Part shown: piece by piece, positions 11,742 through 22,533 of the stretch
How positions within the stretch are numbered: position 1 is the first letter of the stretch
How the letters are laid out: the number at the start of each line of letters is the position of its first letter
NCBI GenBank assembly: GCA_964430225.1
Contig: CAYSFE010000001.1
Span: 95,668-159,667 of the forward strand
Direction: 5' to 3'
Length of the DNA stretch: 64,000 nt
Origin: an uncultured Candidatus Saccharibacteria bacterium
Lineage (GTDB): Bacteria > Patescibacteriota > Dojkabacteria > GCA-016699595 > JBAXKR01
Program-made: the position numbers and the translations under genes
The notes under the pieces: generated by a model
The model's database searches: none
The model's input: the letters and a program-made list of their open reading frames with translations, nothing else
Told to the model about the DNA's origin: nothing

Positions 11742-14366
11742 ATGGATAATATAGAAGAAAAAAAAGAAGTTAAATTAGTACCTGGAATTAGACCTACTGA
11801 TGTAGTAGGGGAGATGAAGTCTAGCTATATCAACTATGCCATGAGTGTTATCGTAGCTCGTGCATTACCAGATATTAGAGATGGATTAAAACCAGTTCAG
11901 AGAAGAATTCTTTACTCTATGTATAAACAGGGGATCATTCCTGGTAAAGGATACAAGAAGAGTGCTCGTATTGTTGGAGACGTCATAGGTAAATATCATC
12001 CACATGGAGATGTAGCTGTATATGACACTATGGTTAGAATGGTTCAAGAGTTTTCTTTAAGATACCCACTTGTAGATGGACAAGGAAACTTTGGATCTAT
12101 TGATGGAGATGGTGCAGCAGCTATGAGATACACAGAAGCAAAGCTATCTCACTTTGCTATGACAATGATAGATGAACTAGATTCATATACCGTAGACTTT
12201 AGACCAAACTATGATGGTAACTACATGGAGCCTATTGTTCTTCCAGCACTTTTACCTCAACTTCTTTTAAATGGAGGAGAAGGTATTGCAGTTGGTATGG
12301 CTACAAAGATACCACCACATAACGTGAGTGAGTTAATTGCTGCACTACTTGAAATACTAGGAAGAGGAAATGTTTGGGAAGCAGAAGCAGAATGGATAAA
12401 GAATATTAAGAACTATGCAAAAGGTATTAAAACAACTGCTGATTTAGAAAAACTAGATAAATCTAGATTCCCACAATTTGAAACCGATGTAACATTAGAT
12501 GAACTTTTTAAAATAATCCCTGGACCTGATTTTCCTACAAAAGGAGTCATATATGATCAAAAAGAAATTAAGAATATGTATGCTACTGGTAAAGGTAGAG
12601 TACTAATGAGAGGAGTAGCTAAGATTGAGGAAAGTAAAGGAGGAAAGTTTGAAATAATCATTTCAGAACTTCCTTACCAAGTAAACAAAGCAAGACTTGT
12701 AGCTAAGATTGCAGAACTTGTAAAAGATAAAAAGATAGAAGGTGTTTCAGATATACGTGATGAATCTGATCGAGATATTCGAGTAATCATTGAAATTAAA
12801 AGAGATGGTAAACCAAATGTCATACTAAATAATCTATTTAAGTACACAGAGTTACAAAAAGCATTTAACGCAAACATGCTTTGTCTTGTAAACAATGAAC
12901 CTAAAGTTCTTTCTCTTAAGAGAATACTTGAACTTTTCATTACACATAGACAAGAGATCAGTATACGTAAGTCTGAGTATGAACTAGCTAAAGCACAAGA
13001 AAGAATACATATATTAGAAGGTCTAAAGATAGCTCTAGATAACCTTGATGCTGTAATTAAACTCATACGTGAATCTAAAGATAGTGATACTGCAAAAGAA
13101 GGATTAATGAAGAAATTTAAACTAACTGAAATACAAGCAACTGCAATTCTAGATATGCAATTAAGAAGACTTGCAGCACTAGAAAGAAAGAAGATTGAAG
13201 AAGAATACAAGGCACTAAAAGCTACGGTAGATACTTTAATAGCTCTACTATCTGATCCATCTAAGATTGTGTCATTCATAAAAGATGAGATACTAGCTAT
13301 TAAGGATAAAGTGTCTGATGAAAGAAGAACAAAGATACATAAAGGAGCATTGGGAGAAGTATCTGATGATGATCTTGTAGCTAAAGAGAATGTAATCGTA
13401 TCTGTAAGTGAACAAGGATATATTAAACGTATTAAAGAGAATGTATATTCTGTACAAAACAGAGGTGGAAAAGGAAAGATAGGAATGACAACAAAAGAAG
13501 ATGATGCTGTAGCACATGTATTCTCTTGTTCCACTCACGATAATATTATGTTCTTTACAAACAAAGGAAGGGTATTTGAATCAAAGGTATATGATATTCC
13601 TGAATTTGGAAGATCAGCTAAAGGACAAGCAATAGTAAATATCATAAACATAGAGCCAAGTGAAAAGATAACAAGTATCTTAACTCACTCTAATGGTAAA
13701 TTCCTTGATGAAGAGGTTATCCAAGAAGGAGAAGAACAAAAGGAAAGAGAAGGCAAAGATTACAAGTTCCTATTCATGGCAACAAAGAAAGGTACTGTAA
13801 AGAAGACCCTAATATCAGAATATGAGAATATCCGTAACAATGGTTTAATAGCAATTAAACTAGAAAAGGATGATGAACTCATTTGGGTAAAACCAACAAC
13901 TGGTAAAGATGAAATTCTCATTGTTACTAGAATGGCTAAATCTATCCATTTCAAAGAAAGTGATGTAAATGAAACTGGTAGAAGTACAATGGGAGTTAGA
14001 GGTATTAAGTTTGCAATAGATAGTGATGAAGTAATCTCAATGGATGTAATACGAGAAGGAGAAAATATGTTACTCACAGTTACAGAACATGGATTTGGAA
14101 AGATCACAAAGATAAAGCAATTTGGAATACAAAATAGAGGTGGATCAGGAATATTTGCTCATGATGTAAGTAAGAAAACAGGTAATCTTGTAGCTGCAAG
14201 AGTAATGGATCATCCAGAAAAAGAGTTACTCATGATGTCAGAGAAAGGACAATCTATACGTATAAGTGCAAAAGACTTACCAGAAAGAAATAGACAAACA
14301 TCAGGAGTACATCTAATTAGATTTAATGATAGTAGTGATAAGGTAGCAGCAATAGCTATTATTTAA
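11742..14366 (+). CDS. gyrA: DNA gyrase subunit A
   Basis: Active-site region AAMRYTE, the QRRILY motif, and C-terminal beta-pinwheel repeats. 874 aa. Confidence 0.95.
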   Translation: MDNIEEKKEVKLVPGIRPTDVVGEMKSSYINYAMSVIVARALPDIRDGLKPVQRRILYSMYKQGIIPGKGYKKSARIVGDVIGKYHPHGDVAVYDTMVRMVQEFSLRYPLVDGQGNFGSIDGDGAAAMRYTEAKLSHFAMTMIDELDSYTVDFRPNYDGNYMEPIVLPALLPQLLLNGGEGIAVGMATKIPPHNVSELIAALLEILGRGNVWEAEAEWIKNIKNYAKGIKTTADLEKLDKSRFPQFETDVTLDELFKIIPGPDFPTKGVIYDQKEIKNMYATGKGRVLMRGVAKIEESKGGKFEIIISELPYQVNKARLVAKIAELVKDKKIEGVSDIRDESDRDIRVIIEIKRDGKPNVILNNLFKYTELQKAFNANMLCLVNNEPKVLSLKRILELFITHRQEISIRKSEYELAKAQERIHILEGLKIALDNLDAVIKLIRESKDSDTAKEGLMKKFKLTEIQATAILDMQLRRLAALERKKIEEEYKALKATVDTLIALLSDPSKIVSFIKDEILAIKDKVSDERRTKIHKGALGEVSDDDLVAKENVIVSVSEQGYIKRIKENVYSVQNRGGKGKIGMTTKEDDAVAHVFSCSTHDNIMFFTNKGRVFESKVYDIPEFGRSAKGQAIVNIINIEPSEKITSILTHSNGKFLDEEVIQEGEEQKEREGKDYKFLFMATKKGTVKKTLISEYENIRNNGLIAIKLEKDDELIWVKPTTGKDEILIVTRMAKSIHFKESDVNETGRSTMGVRGIKFAIDSDEVISMDVIREGENMLLTVTEHGFGKITKIKQFGIQNRGGSGIFAHDVSKKTGNLVAARVMDHPEKELLMMSEKGQSIRISAKDLPERNRQTSGVHLIRFNDSSDKVAAIAII

Positions 14367-14911
14367 TTAGTGGAAGTTAAACTACCGTAATTAATTGTCT
14401 TCCCACTTTCTAAACATCCGAACAAAACATATTGTTGAGGGCTGCTTACAGTATTATGACCATAGAAAATACTAAATTTTTCAGAAGTTCCATATATACC
14501 ATCTCCACAAGTATAAGTGTCATATGAACTCAAGCTTTCGTATAGAATTTCAAGCGCAGGTGATGTCACAAGTGTAGAATATATGGCTGTGCTAGAAGCT
14601 GAAACATCACAGTCATTTCCATCTCCATATCCTGGTACAAATAGACAGACACCAAAGTCTGGTCCGGTAGTATCATGTTTAATATCTGAAAATGATGGAT
14701 CCCCTAAGTCTATATGAGGATAAACCCTATACTTAGTATAATATTCTGTAAGCTTTCCATTAAGATTTGAAACATCATTAAGTCTTGTGGTTTCTCTTTG
14801 AGATCTTTGAAGTGCTTGTATACCAACAACGGCAAGAGAAATTAATATACCAATTACAGCCATAACTACTAGAAGTTCAACAATTGTAAAAGCTTTTTTC
14901 ATTTTAATCAT
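14363..14911 (-). CDS. type IV pilin paralog
   Basis: [47 protein letters not shown]. Convergent with gyrA, and the stops overlap. Confidence 0.8.
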   Translation of the reverse strand: MIKMKKAFTIVELLVVMAVIGILISLAVVGIQALQRSQRETTRLNDVSNLNGKLTEYYTKYRVYPHIDLGDPSFSDIKHDTTGPDFGVCLFVPGYGDGNDCDVSASSTAIYSTLVTSPALEILYESLSSYDTYTCGDGIYGTSEKFSIFYGHNTVSSPQQYVLFGCLESGKTINYGSLTSTN

Positions 14912-15455
14912 TTAGTTCACCATAGTTAACTGAAAGACCATTTTCTGTACATGCATAAAGTCCAAATACTTGAGCACCATATCCTGCTAGATTTGTTTTA
15001 TAGTAAATTGTCCAGGTATCTGCAGTAGTTGGATTTTCACAATTTCCACCAACAGCAGTAACTGTTGCTGCAATTGGGACATTGTTAAAGTAGTTAGTAT
15101 TAACAACTCCACCTTGTTGATTGAACTTTATCTTTGTAAAGTATGCATTTCCAGTTGTTGCTATATCACAAGTGGTATCAGATGCTCCAGTTCTAGGACC
15201 ATATGGTGCATACCAATCATATATACACACTGAGCCATCTGGTACTAATCGGATCCATGTATTATCAGGAGGGTAGTTTCTATATTTAGTATAGAAATCT
15301 TGTAATGCAATCTTAAGATTTCTTAAATCGTTTAGTCTTAGAGTTTCTCTTTGAGATCTTTGCACAGCTGATATTCCAACGACCGCTAAGGTTATTAGGA
15401 TTCCTATAACTGCCATAACTACAAGAATCTCAACAATTGTGAAAGCTTTTTTCAT
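14904..15455 (-). CDS. type IV pilin paralog
   Basis: [44 protein letters not shown]. Overlaps the downstream pilin by 8 nt. Confidence 0.8.
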   Translation of the reverse strand: MKKAFTIVEILVVMAVIGILITLAVVGISAVQRSQRETLRLNDLRNLKIALQDFYTKYRNYPPDNTWIRLVPDGSVCIYDWYAPYGPRTGASDTTCDIATTGNAYFTKIKFNQQGGVVNTNYFNNVPIAATVTAVGGNCENPTTADTWTIYYKTNLAGYGAQVFGLYACTENGLSVNYGELND

Positions 15456-16096
15456 CTTTTAATATTCCCTAAATTATTATATAAACCGTATGTATTTCTA
15501 CATGATGCTAAATAATACTCTGTATTTTCTTTATTAGTAAAATATATCACAGTTAGATCCTCATTGAAAATATGTCTTACCGAGTTTTTCATAAATGATT
15601 TACAAATATCTCCTGCCTCATCTAAATTAGTTACTTTTAATAGCTGTTGTAGCTTTTGTCCGTCTGCATTAAGTTTAAGTTTATTATAGTGTATCAATTT
15701 GTCTGGTGGTGTTGATACATCACATATCGCATCAGCTGAATTCATATCAATACTATCTAGGTAAAAACATATTCCATTATTTTTTGTATCAATATTTATT
15801 TTAGTTGGATAGTGATCAAACTTGGCTTCAAATCCCTCTATTTCAGCTCGTATGTTATTGAAATCACTTTCTACTATTCTATCTCTTAACCTAGGATAGA
15901 CATATAAATAGACAAAAAGAAATAAAATAACTGAAATAGTTGTAAATATTATAAGGGCTACTTTCTGATTTTTATTTGTTTTAGTAGGGGAGAGGGGAGT
16001 ATTTTCAATTTTATCTTCATCTTTTTTTATTTCAAATCCCTCTATTTTTATTTCTGGAATTACTTTATTTATCTTTTTATTTCTTTTTTTAGACAT
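15452..16096 (-). CDS. hypothetical bitopic membrane protein, first gene of the pilin pair operon
   Basis: Basic N-terminus, a single transmembrane segment, and an extracytoplasmic domain. Its stop overlaps the pilin start. Confidence 0.4.
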   Translation of the reverse strand: MSKKRNKKINKVIPEIKIEGFEIKKDEDKIENTPLSPTKTNKNQKVALIIFTTISVILFLFVYLYVYPRLRDRIVESDFNNIRAEIEGFEAKFDHYPTKINIDTKNNGICFYLDSIDMNSADAICDVSTPPDKLIHYNKLKLNADGQKLQQLLKVTNLDEAGDICKSFMKNSVRHIFNEDLTVIYFTNKENTEYYLASCRNTYGLYNNLGNIKR

Positions 16097-16162
16097 GTTT
16101 GATTTTAGTTTTTTTTAGTAAAAATTACAAAGAGAGAGGTATATATTATACTCAGTAACAAG

Positions 16163-17230
16163 TTATACATCTTCCTTAAGAGGATGAAACTGAGTATGTG
16201 TAGATTCAGCAAATTTATCAGATGCATGCACGTATCTTGTTGTTGTAGCAAGAGATTCATGACCTAGTAAAACCTGAATAGCAGCGGAATTAGCACCAGA
16301 TTCAGCTAAGTAAGTTGCAAAGCCATGTCTAAGTGAATGAGCTGAAGTTGGAACAATTATCCCAAGTCTACGTCTATATTCAACTATCTTCATTTGTAAA
16401 TAGTTAGTAGACACTCTAACTATCTTACCAGTCATTCTTATAGCTCTTGTACCACGCGTAGGTACAAACAATGCTGGTAAGTCATCTTTCCTTGCTTCTA
16501 AATACTCTTGTAGATGGGTTTTTGCCCTATGTGTGAGATATACAAACCTTTGTTTCTTACCTTTACCAAGTATATAAATCTTTCCTGATTCAATATGTTT
16601 TCCATCATTATTAGTAAACATCAATTGTTCTTTATTGAGATTACAAAGTTCAGATATTCTCATACCTGTTGAAAAAAGAAGTTCTAACATAGCCCTGTTT
16701 CTGAGAGCAACAATTGGAAGTTTTTCTAATGTTGTTGGAGCTTCAATAAGTTTAATAAGTTCAGAAAGTTCTGCAACCTGAGATTCTTTTTTTTCAGCTT
16801 TAATTAATTTTATAGAATCTGGAGCAATAGGAATTTTATAATCATATTCAATTAAAAATCTGAGGTAAGTTCTTAAAGAACTCAACATTCTATTGATTGA
16901 GCTACTTGATAATACCTCTACGGTTGTTTCATCACTTTTAAACGCATTTAAACTCGATTTCTCCGTAAGTCCCGTCCCATCTATGTTTCCAGCCTCTTTT
17001 TTATTATTATACTTCTCAAACAGCTCTAAATGTTTTCCCGATCTTAAAAACCCTTTATATTCTGCAATATTGATTTTAGAAATCTTTTCAAACTCAAGTG
17101 AGTTATTTATTATGAATCTTTCAAAGGCTCTCAAATCTCTTTCATATGATTCAAGAGTTTCATTTGAATAGTTATTATTCCTTAGGTTTAAAAGAAACTC
17201 GTCTTTATGTGGTAATACCTTATTGTCCAT
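16163..17230 (-). CDS. tyrosine site-specific recombinase, XerC/XerD family
   Basis: C-terminal HSLRHGFATYLAESGANSAAIQVLLGHESLATTTRYVH (HxxR...LGH...Y catalytic motifs) and an N-terminal SAM-like domain. Confidence 0.8.
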   Translation of the reverse strand: MDNKVLPHKDEFLLNLRNNNYSNETLESYERDLRAFERFIINNSLEFEKISKINIAEYKGFLRSGKHLELFEKYNNKKEAGNIDGTGLTEKSSLNAFKSDETTVEVLSSSSINRMLSSLRTYLRFLIEYDYKIPIAPDSIKLIKAEKKESQVAELSELIKLIEAPTTLEKLPIVALRNRAMLELLFSTGMRISELCNLNKEQLMFTNNDGKHIESGKIYILGKGKKQRFVYLTHRAKTHLQEYLEARKDDLPALFVPTRGTRAIRMTGKIVRVSTNYLQMKIVEYRRRLGIIVPTSAHSLRHGFATYLAESGANSAAIQVLLGHESLATTTRYVHASDKFAESTHTQFHPLKEDV

Positions 17231-17724
17231 GTATTCACTATACAGTGACTGAATAATATTTCAAGTGATAGGGGAGTTAAACACACTAAAAAACAGCCAA
17301 TGTTATGAAAAAGGCCTTAAACAAAGGGTTTGTTAAAAATTAGTAAAATATAGAAATAATTGAAAAATATATTGTGAATAGTGAATAAAAAATAAAATCT
17401 ATTTATAGTTAAATAGGGAATATATTCATAATAATTAAGTAAGTCATATTTAGGCCTACCTCTTCTATTTCTCGCCTATTGATTAGCATAAGAGTGATTA
17501 TACTCAGTACTATATTAATTACGATACCTCTACTCTAGGGGAGGTAAATACCCTAATTTTTGAAAAAACAATAAGTCACATATTTCTCTTTTAATACATT
17601 CTATTCTTGTACAACTTTTTACTATCTTAAGTAGGGGGTGTTCTAAATAGTTGCACTACTTCCCCATCAGTTTCACAGTTATCCACAACCGAACTTTTTC
17701 GTATCTTTTGTATACCAGTGTAAT

Positions 17725-17751
17725 CTTATAGTATTTATACCTTATAGTATT
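17725..17751. repeat. direct repeat CTTATAGTATT-tatac-CTTATAGTATT within an AT-rich non-coding region
   Basis: Seen directly in the sequence. 11-nt unit with a 16-nt period. Confidence 0.5.
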
Positions 17752-17867
17752 GTCCTTCTTCTGGGTACTGGCTTTAAATTAGCACTACTCCTCTACCCTG
17801 CTAGTTAATAGTCATGCCAATATTTTTCTTAAGCCTTGATATTACTGATATAATCCAAATTAAATTT

Positions 17868-18164
17868 ATGGAAGAATCAAAGGAGGAATTAAAAGCAACA
17901 CATACTGGCATTACTAAATATATACTTCGATCTTATTTAGCTTTGATGATTGGGGTTGGTACATATGTTTCTTCTCCCTTAGTTTGTAACATCATACATA
18001 CTGAACCTACTCAACAAGCAAGCTGTAGAGAAGTTTTATCTAAGTTTGGTGCATCTGTATCTATTGGATCAGCTATATTTTCATTAATATGTTTGTCAGC
18101 TTGTGAGAAAATATCAGTGAAATATAAAAAGCTAACTGGACAAGATATTTTAGAATACAAGTAA
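17868..18164 (+). CDS. hypothetical small membrane protein
   Basis: The six-frame ORF runs 17814..18164. A TGnTATAAT-like element lies inside its first 40 nt, so I start it at the internal Met (MEESKEEL...). Two hydrophobic segments. Confidence 0.3.
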   Translation: MEESKEELKATHTGITKYILRSYLALMIGVGTYVSSPLVCNIIHTEPTQQASCREVLSKFGASVSIGSAIFSLICLSACEKISVKYKKLTGQDILEYK

Positions 18165-18168
18165 TTGA

Positions 18169-18741
18169 TTATTTACTCTTTCTTCTTATAAGTATTAATA
18201 AGGTTACAGATAAATTTATTAGGAAGATATACATTGGAAAGGCAAGATCCATTAAAAGATAACTTCTTAGTGCTAAAAGATTAAGGAATGAGGCAATAAC
18301 ATCACACCCATAAAACAGATAACTTTCAGTATATGGTTCTTTATAAGATTTTACTAAAGTAGGAGAAAACCCAATAAAATCAGTGAGGATAGAGGCATAA
18401 AGACCTAATGTTGGGTTATCTGTAACTTTCCAAACTACTAATGAGAAAAGTGCTCCAATCAAAGTTATAATATCCATTTTACTTCTCCCCCCTACCCCAT
18501 ATTTTATAGAAAGAATAAAGATTGCAGTACTACCAATAAAAGAAGGGATTGCTAAGAATAGTCCAATTCTGTCACCTTGAGAAAATAAAGTAGCCACAAA
18601 GATTGCTGTAACAATGAATAGAAGTAGTCTTGTAATTCTTTGAGGCTTATATTCACCTTTAAGAATAGCTCTCACCCCAATTATCGGTGTAATAAATCCA
18701 AGTAATATTGATAAATATAGAAATATCTGCTTAATATCCAT
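18169..18741 (-). CDS. hypothetical polytopic membrane protein
   Basis: 190 aa with 5–6 transmembrane segments. Confidence 0.4.
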   Translation of the reverse strand: MDIKQIFLYLSILLGFITPIIGVRAILKGEYKPQRITRLLLFIVTAIFVATLFSQGDRIGLFLAIPSFIGSTAIFILSIKYGVGGRSKMDIITLIGALFSLVVWKVTDNPTLGLYASILTDFIGFSPTLVKSYKEPYTESYLFYGCDVIASFLNLLALRSYLLMDLAFPMYIFLINLSVTLLILIRRKSK

Positions 18742-18744
18742 AAG

Positions 18745-20691
18745 TTACAGTACCTTTGATGCTATTGTTAAATATTTTAAAGTAGTATCATTGTCCCATA
18801 AGGCTACTCTTGGAATATCTTTATACCCTTCTTTTATTAAAAATCCTCTTACCATATATTTAAGCATAGATAGATGATCCATACTTAAATTATTTTTGTT
18901 TAGACCTTCATCTTCACTTGGAATGATTAAATCAGGATGTTTTTCCTGAAAACCTTGAACTAAAAACATACAGTATACATGTAATCTGTGTAGTGGTGTT
19001 ACTTCTTCCTTACTCACACCTGATACACTTGCAATTTCAACATCAGTTACTTCACCAAAGGCTTTAATGTAATCACTATCCTTATATAAACTATCTAACA
19101 ATCTATAGACATTTTCTATAGATGTATAATCAAATTTTATTCTAGATTTCTTTCCTTCTAACGCTAAATTAACTTCATTTAAAACTGACATAACACTTGC
19201 AAAGTTATGATCATCTTTCAAACCCGCAGTTTCCCCTACTCGAACACTCATCTCAATACCATCTTGATTTACAACCACAGCAAGCCTATCAGGGAAAATA
19301 AATATATTTGTAACCCCATCCGGTCGGTATATAGCAAAGTTGGATATTACAGTATTACCGGGGTTAATATAATTAATTGAATAATCAATATCACACATTA
19401 CACCCTCACCTTCATTTTGAGAGGTTTGACCCCTTATATTTCCATATATTCTCGCTGGTAAAGCTGCCCTATTAACAGGACCTGAGTATTCCAAAGCTGG
19501 AAAGAATCTTTCAACTCCAGTAAGAAATCGATTAATTTGATTTATCAAGACTGTTTCCCTTGGAGCCTCTGCGGATCTTCTAAATTCCCGCACTTCTTCT
19601 GAGACTCCAGGCCCCATCCTTCCTCTATCATATGTAGCCCAATCATTATTATAATTTTCTACAGCCTTATCCTTAAAACCTTCTGGTAACTGAAAAAAAC
19701 CCGCTAAACATTCTACATTTCGAAGAGCTAATAAGCTTGCAATTCTTTCACTTTTTGCTGTGTATTCCTCAATTTCCGCCATAAATTCAGACGGCTTTAA
19801 TTTCCCCAACCGTTGTAACTCCAATATTTCAATTGTATTTTTATCAGGATCTAACAATGATAGTTCATCTTCTATTGAATGCTGAATCTTTAGACTAACA
19901 TCGGCTTCATTATTAGTTATTCGATATTTACTGGCTGCCCTAGACATCCCGACTGCTTTTAATACTTTTGACTTTATAAAATCAGCTGGAGTTTTAATAT
20001 GAACTCTATCTAAAGAATGTCCTTTTTCATGTAAAAACTCACAAACCTTTTCTAAAGAATTAATTTCAGCTATATGAATTTCATTCGTTTCAGTATTGAT
20101 AATACTTATTGGACCAGGGTATTTATCTATTACCATGTCAACTGTTGCCCCTGAGTAATCCAAAAGATCGATAAAACCAACACCAGGTATTCCAACAACA
20201 ACTTGTTTTGAAACAATTGTAAGCCTATATATATCAAATCCAAGAGCTTTTGATTCCGCTTCTTTCTTATCAATGTTAATTCTTCCAACCATATGGATTT
20301 CCAAACCTCCTGAATTCGGAATAACTGATTTGTAATAGTATTTATTGTAACTGTCTTTAAATCTTTTAAGATTATCTGGATTTCTGGCTCTATCTTTAAG
20401 ATAAGATTCTATTTCTTCTTCAAAGGCTTCTGGAGACAGATCTACTCCTTTTATTGCATCCTCTACCTTATCGACTACCTTTAACCTCGTCATAGCTTCT
20501 AACCTGCCCCTCCATATTCCCCTTTCAACCGTTACAAACAGCCTTTCTAATTCATTTGTTTCTTTCAATTCTCTGTTTTGTAAACCAGGAAAGAATTCAT
20601 CAAAAGTAGTTCCAATCGGAGTGCTGGCTTCTATTGTTTGAGCAGTTTCGGCAGGCATATTTATCCTATTAATCTCCCATTTATACCCCAA
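18745..20691 (-). CDS. large hypothetical protein (648 aa) containing an HExxH motif
   Basis: Long uninterrupted ORF with no P-loop. It contains HEKGH, a possible zinc-metalloprotease motif, but I recognise no family. Confidence 0.5.
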   Translation of the reverse strand: MGYKWEINRINMPAETAQTIEASTPIGTTFDEFFPGLQNRELKETNELERLFVTVERGIWRGRLEAMTRLKVVDKVEDAIKGVDLSPEAFEEEIESYLKDRARNPDNLKRFKDSYNKYYYKSVIPNSGGLEIHMVGRINIDKKEAESKALGFDIYRLTIVSKQVVVGIPGVGFIDLLDYSGATVDMVIDKYPGPISIINTETNEIHIAEINSLEKVCEFLHEKGHSLDRVHIKTPADFIKSKVLKAVGMSRAASKYRITNNEADVSLKIQHSIEDELSLLDPDKNTIEILELQRLGKLKPSEFMAEIEEYTAKSERIASLLALRNVECLAGFFQLPEGFKDKAVENYNNDWATYDRGRMGPGVSEEVREFRRSAEAPRETVLINQINRFLTGVERFFPALEYSGPVNRAALPARIYGNIRGQTSQNEGEGVMCDIDYSINYINPGNTVISNFAIYRPDGVTNIFIFPDRLAVVVNQDGIEMSVRVGETAGLKDDHNFASVMSVLNEVNLALEGKKSRIKFDYTSIENVYRLLDSLYKDSDYIKAFGEVTDVEIASVSGVSKEEVTPLHRLHVYCMFLVQGFQEKHPDLIIPSEDEGLNKNNLSMDHLSMLKYMVRGFLIKEGYKDIPRVALWDNDTTLKYLTIASKVL

Positions 20692-21497
20692 TCCGTAACT
20701 ATTAAAGAGAAGAATATAACTAAAATAGTGACTATAAAATATTCGAATATGACTGCTTTAGATAGCTTATCTGAGGTTTCTAGTACAATTCCAAATATTA
20801 TGTATAGAAATACTGTAATAATCAGAGCTATAAACTCAGATGGAATAGGCCACAGATTAAGTACCAAGCTCATTAAAAATAGCACCACCATTATAGGTAC
20901 AGTGAGCTTTACATTTGTCTTAGACGATAAACTCATCACCCAGTTTAATTGAAATACAATATAGAAGAAAAAAATACCTGTAAGAACAATTCTTAAGATA
21001 TTTGATATGTTTATATTATATATTATTGTTAAAAAAAGATAATTGGCCAACAGGGAAAAAATATATTGCGCAGACTTCCCTGCTCTAGCAAGCGGAATTA
21101 CGTTAATACTTGAAATGTTTAATATATTTGCATTTAATATTACAAAATATGTAATTGCAATAAATATAACAAGAGTAATTAGTGAAAAGGCAGCATATTG
21201 AAGGCCTAAGATCCCTCTATATAACGATAACTGTATAAATAAAGTAAAAAGAAAAAGAAGGAGAGATGGAAATAGTGGAACAATAGCTAATTTATACTTT
21301 GTAAGGTTCAATGATACTACCCATAACACCCCAATATATGTGATAAAACCTATTAAAAATGCACCTAAGACCTTTTTAAGAAGCTCTGAATCAACTCCCT
21401 GAAATCTTATGATACCAATTTGTAGGAATAGAAAAACTAAAGAGGTAATGGCAGTTACCATTATTACTTTAAACCTAGTTGATACTTGTATGTACAT
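20661..21497 (-). CDS. hypothetical polytopic membrane protein
   Basis: 278 aa with about 8 transmembrane segments, directly downstream of ruvB. Confidence 0.45.
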   Translation of the reverse strand: MYIQVSTRFKVIMVTAITSLVFLFLQIGIIRFQGVDSELLKKVLGAFLIGFITYIGVLWVVSLNLTKYKLAIVPLFPSLLLFLFTLFIQLSLYRGILGLQYAAFSLITLVIFIAITYFVILNANILNISSINVIPLARAGKSAQYIFSLLANYLFLTIIYNINISNILRIVLTGIFFFYIVFQLNWVMSLSSKTNVKLTVPIMVVLFLMSLVLNLWPIPSEFIALIITVFLYIIFGIVLETSDKLSKAVIFEYFIVTILVIFFSLIVTDWGINGRLIG

Positions 21498-21504
21498 ATT
21501 AATA

Positions 21505-22533
21505 TTATATCAAACTTTCTTGATCAAAGACTTTGTTATCAAAATCTATTCCCAAATACTCATATGCTCTCTTTGTTGCTACTCTCCCCTTAGAAGTTCT
21601 TTGCAAGAACCCCTTTTGTATTAGGTAAGGTTCATATACGTCAGATATTGTATCTTCTTCTTCAGATAGAGCTGCAGCCATTGTATTAAGTCCTACTGGA
21701 CCACCTTCAAAGTTCTTAATAATAGATTCTAAAAGTCTTTTATCATTTTCATCTAATCCAATATCATCTACTCTAAGTAAGTTCATAGCATCAAAGAGAT
21801 CTTCTTTTGTCACTTTTGAGTTATATCTATAGTTACTAAAATCTCTAACTCTCTTAAGTAGTCTTATTGCAATTCTAGCAGTACCACGGGATCTTTTAGC
21901 TAATTCCCTGGCATGTTCTTTATCAATTTCAATACCAAGTATCTTTGATTTTTGAATTACTAGTTTCTCTAAATCATCTTCGTTATAGAAGTCAAGTCTC
22001 ATAAGAGAACCAAACCTATCTCTAAGTGGAGCACTCATCATACCTATCTTCGTAGTAGCTCCAATTATTGTAAACTTAGGGAGATCAATTCTTACAGATT
22101 TAGCAGAAGGACCTTTCCCTAAGATGATATCAATAGCATAATCTTCCATTGCTGGATAAAGCACTTCCTCTACTACTTTACTCATCCTATGAATTTCATC
22201 TATGAATAAAATATCTCCATCAGCTAAGTTAGTAATAATAGAAGCAAGATCCCCTGCTCTCTCAATAGCAGGACCAGAAGTTACATGAATATTCTTTCCC
22301 ATTTCATTTGCTACAACATATGCGAGTGATGTCTTCCCAAGTCCTGGAGGGCCATGGAATATTATATGATCTAAGGATTCACCTCTAGATTTACAAGCAT
22401 CAATCATAACCTTTAACATTTCCTTTTCTCTCTCTCTTCCGATCACATCGGCAAACATTTTAGGACGTAAGGATTTGTCTAACTCTACATCACTATCATC
22501 TTTTGTTTTTGGATTTAAAACTTGGTCTCTCAA
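21505..22533 (-). CDS. ruvB: Holliday junction branch-migration helicase RuvB
   Basis: GPPGLGKTSLA Walker A, Walker B DEIHR and the AAA+ fold. Confidence 0.95.
   Translation of the reverse strand: MRDQVLNPKTKDDSDVELDKSLRPKMFADVIGREREKEMLKVMIDACKSRGESLDHIIFHGPPGLGKTSLAYVVANEMGKNIHVTSGPAIERAGDLASIITNLADGDILFIDEIHRMSKVVEEVLYPAMEDYAIDIILGKGPSAKSVRIDLPKFTIIGATTKIGMMSAPLRDRFGSLMRLDFYNEDDLEKLVIQKSKILGIEIDKEHARELAKRSRGTARIAIRLLKRVRDFSNYRYNSKVTKEDLFDAMNLLRVDDIGLDENDKRLLESIIKNFEGGPVGLNTMAAALSEEEDTISDVYEPYLIQKGFLQRTSKGRVATKRAYEYLGIDFDNKVFDQESLI

Noticed and set aside
17231-17813. A structured ncRNA (tmRNA, RNase P RNA, SRP RNA or 6S) in the long non-coding region.
   Set aside because: I found no tRNA-like T-arm or ACCA end and no ANDENYALAA-type tag reading frame. 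The RNase P P4 and SRP domain IV consensus strings are absent. A covariance-model search is needed before any call.
17814-17867. An upstream ATG start for the 116-aa ORF.
   Set aside because: A TGnTATAAT-like element (cTGATATAAT) lies inside this stretch, so the downstream Met at 17868 is the more plausible start. The gene itself is low-confidence either way.
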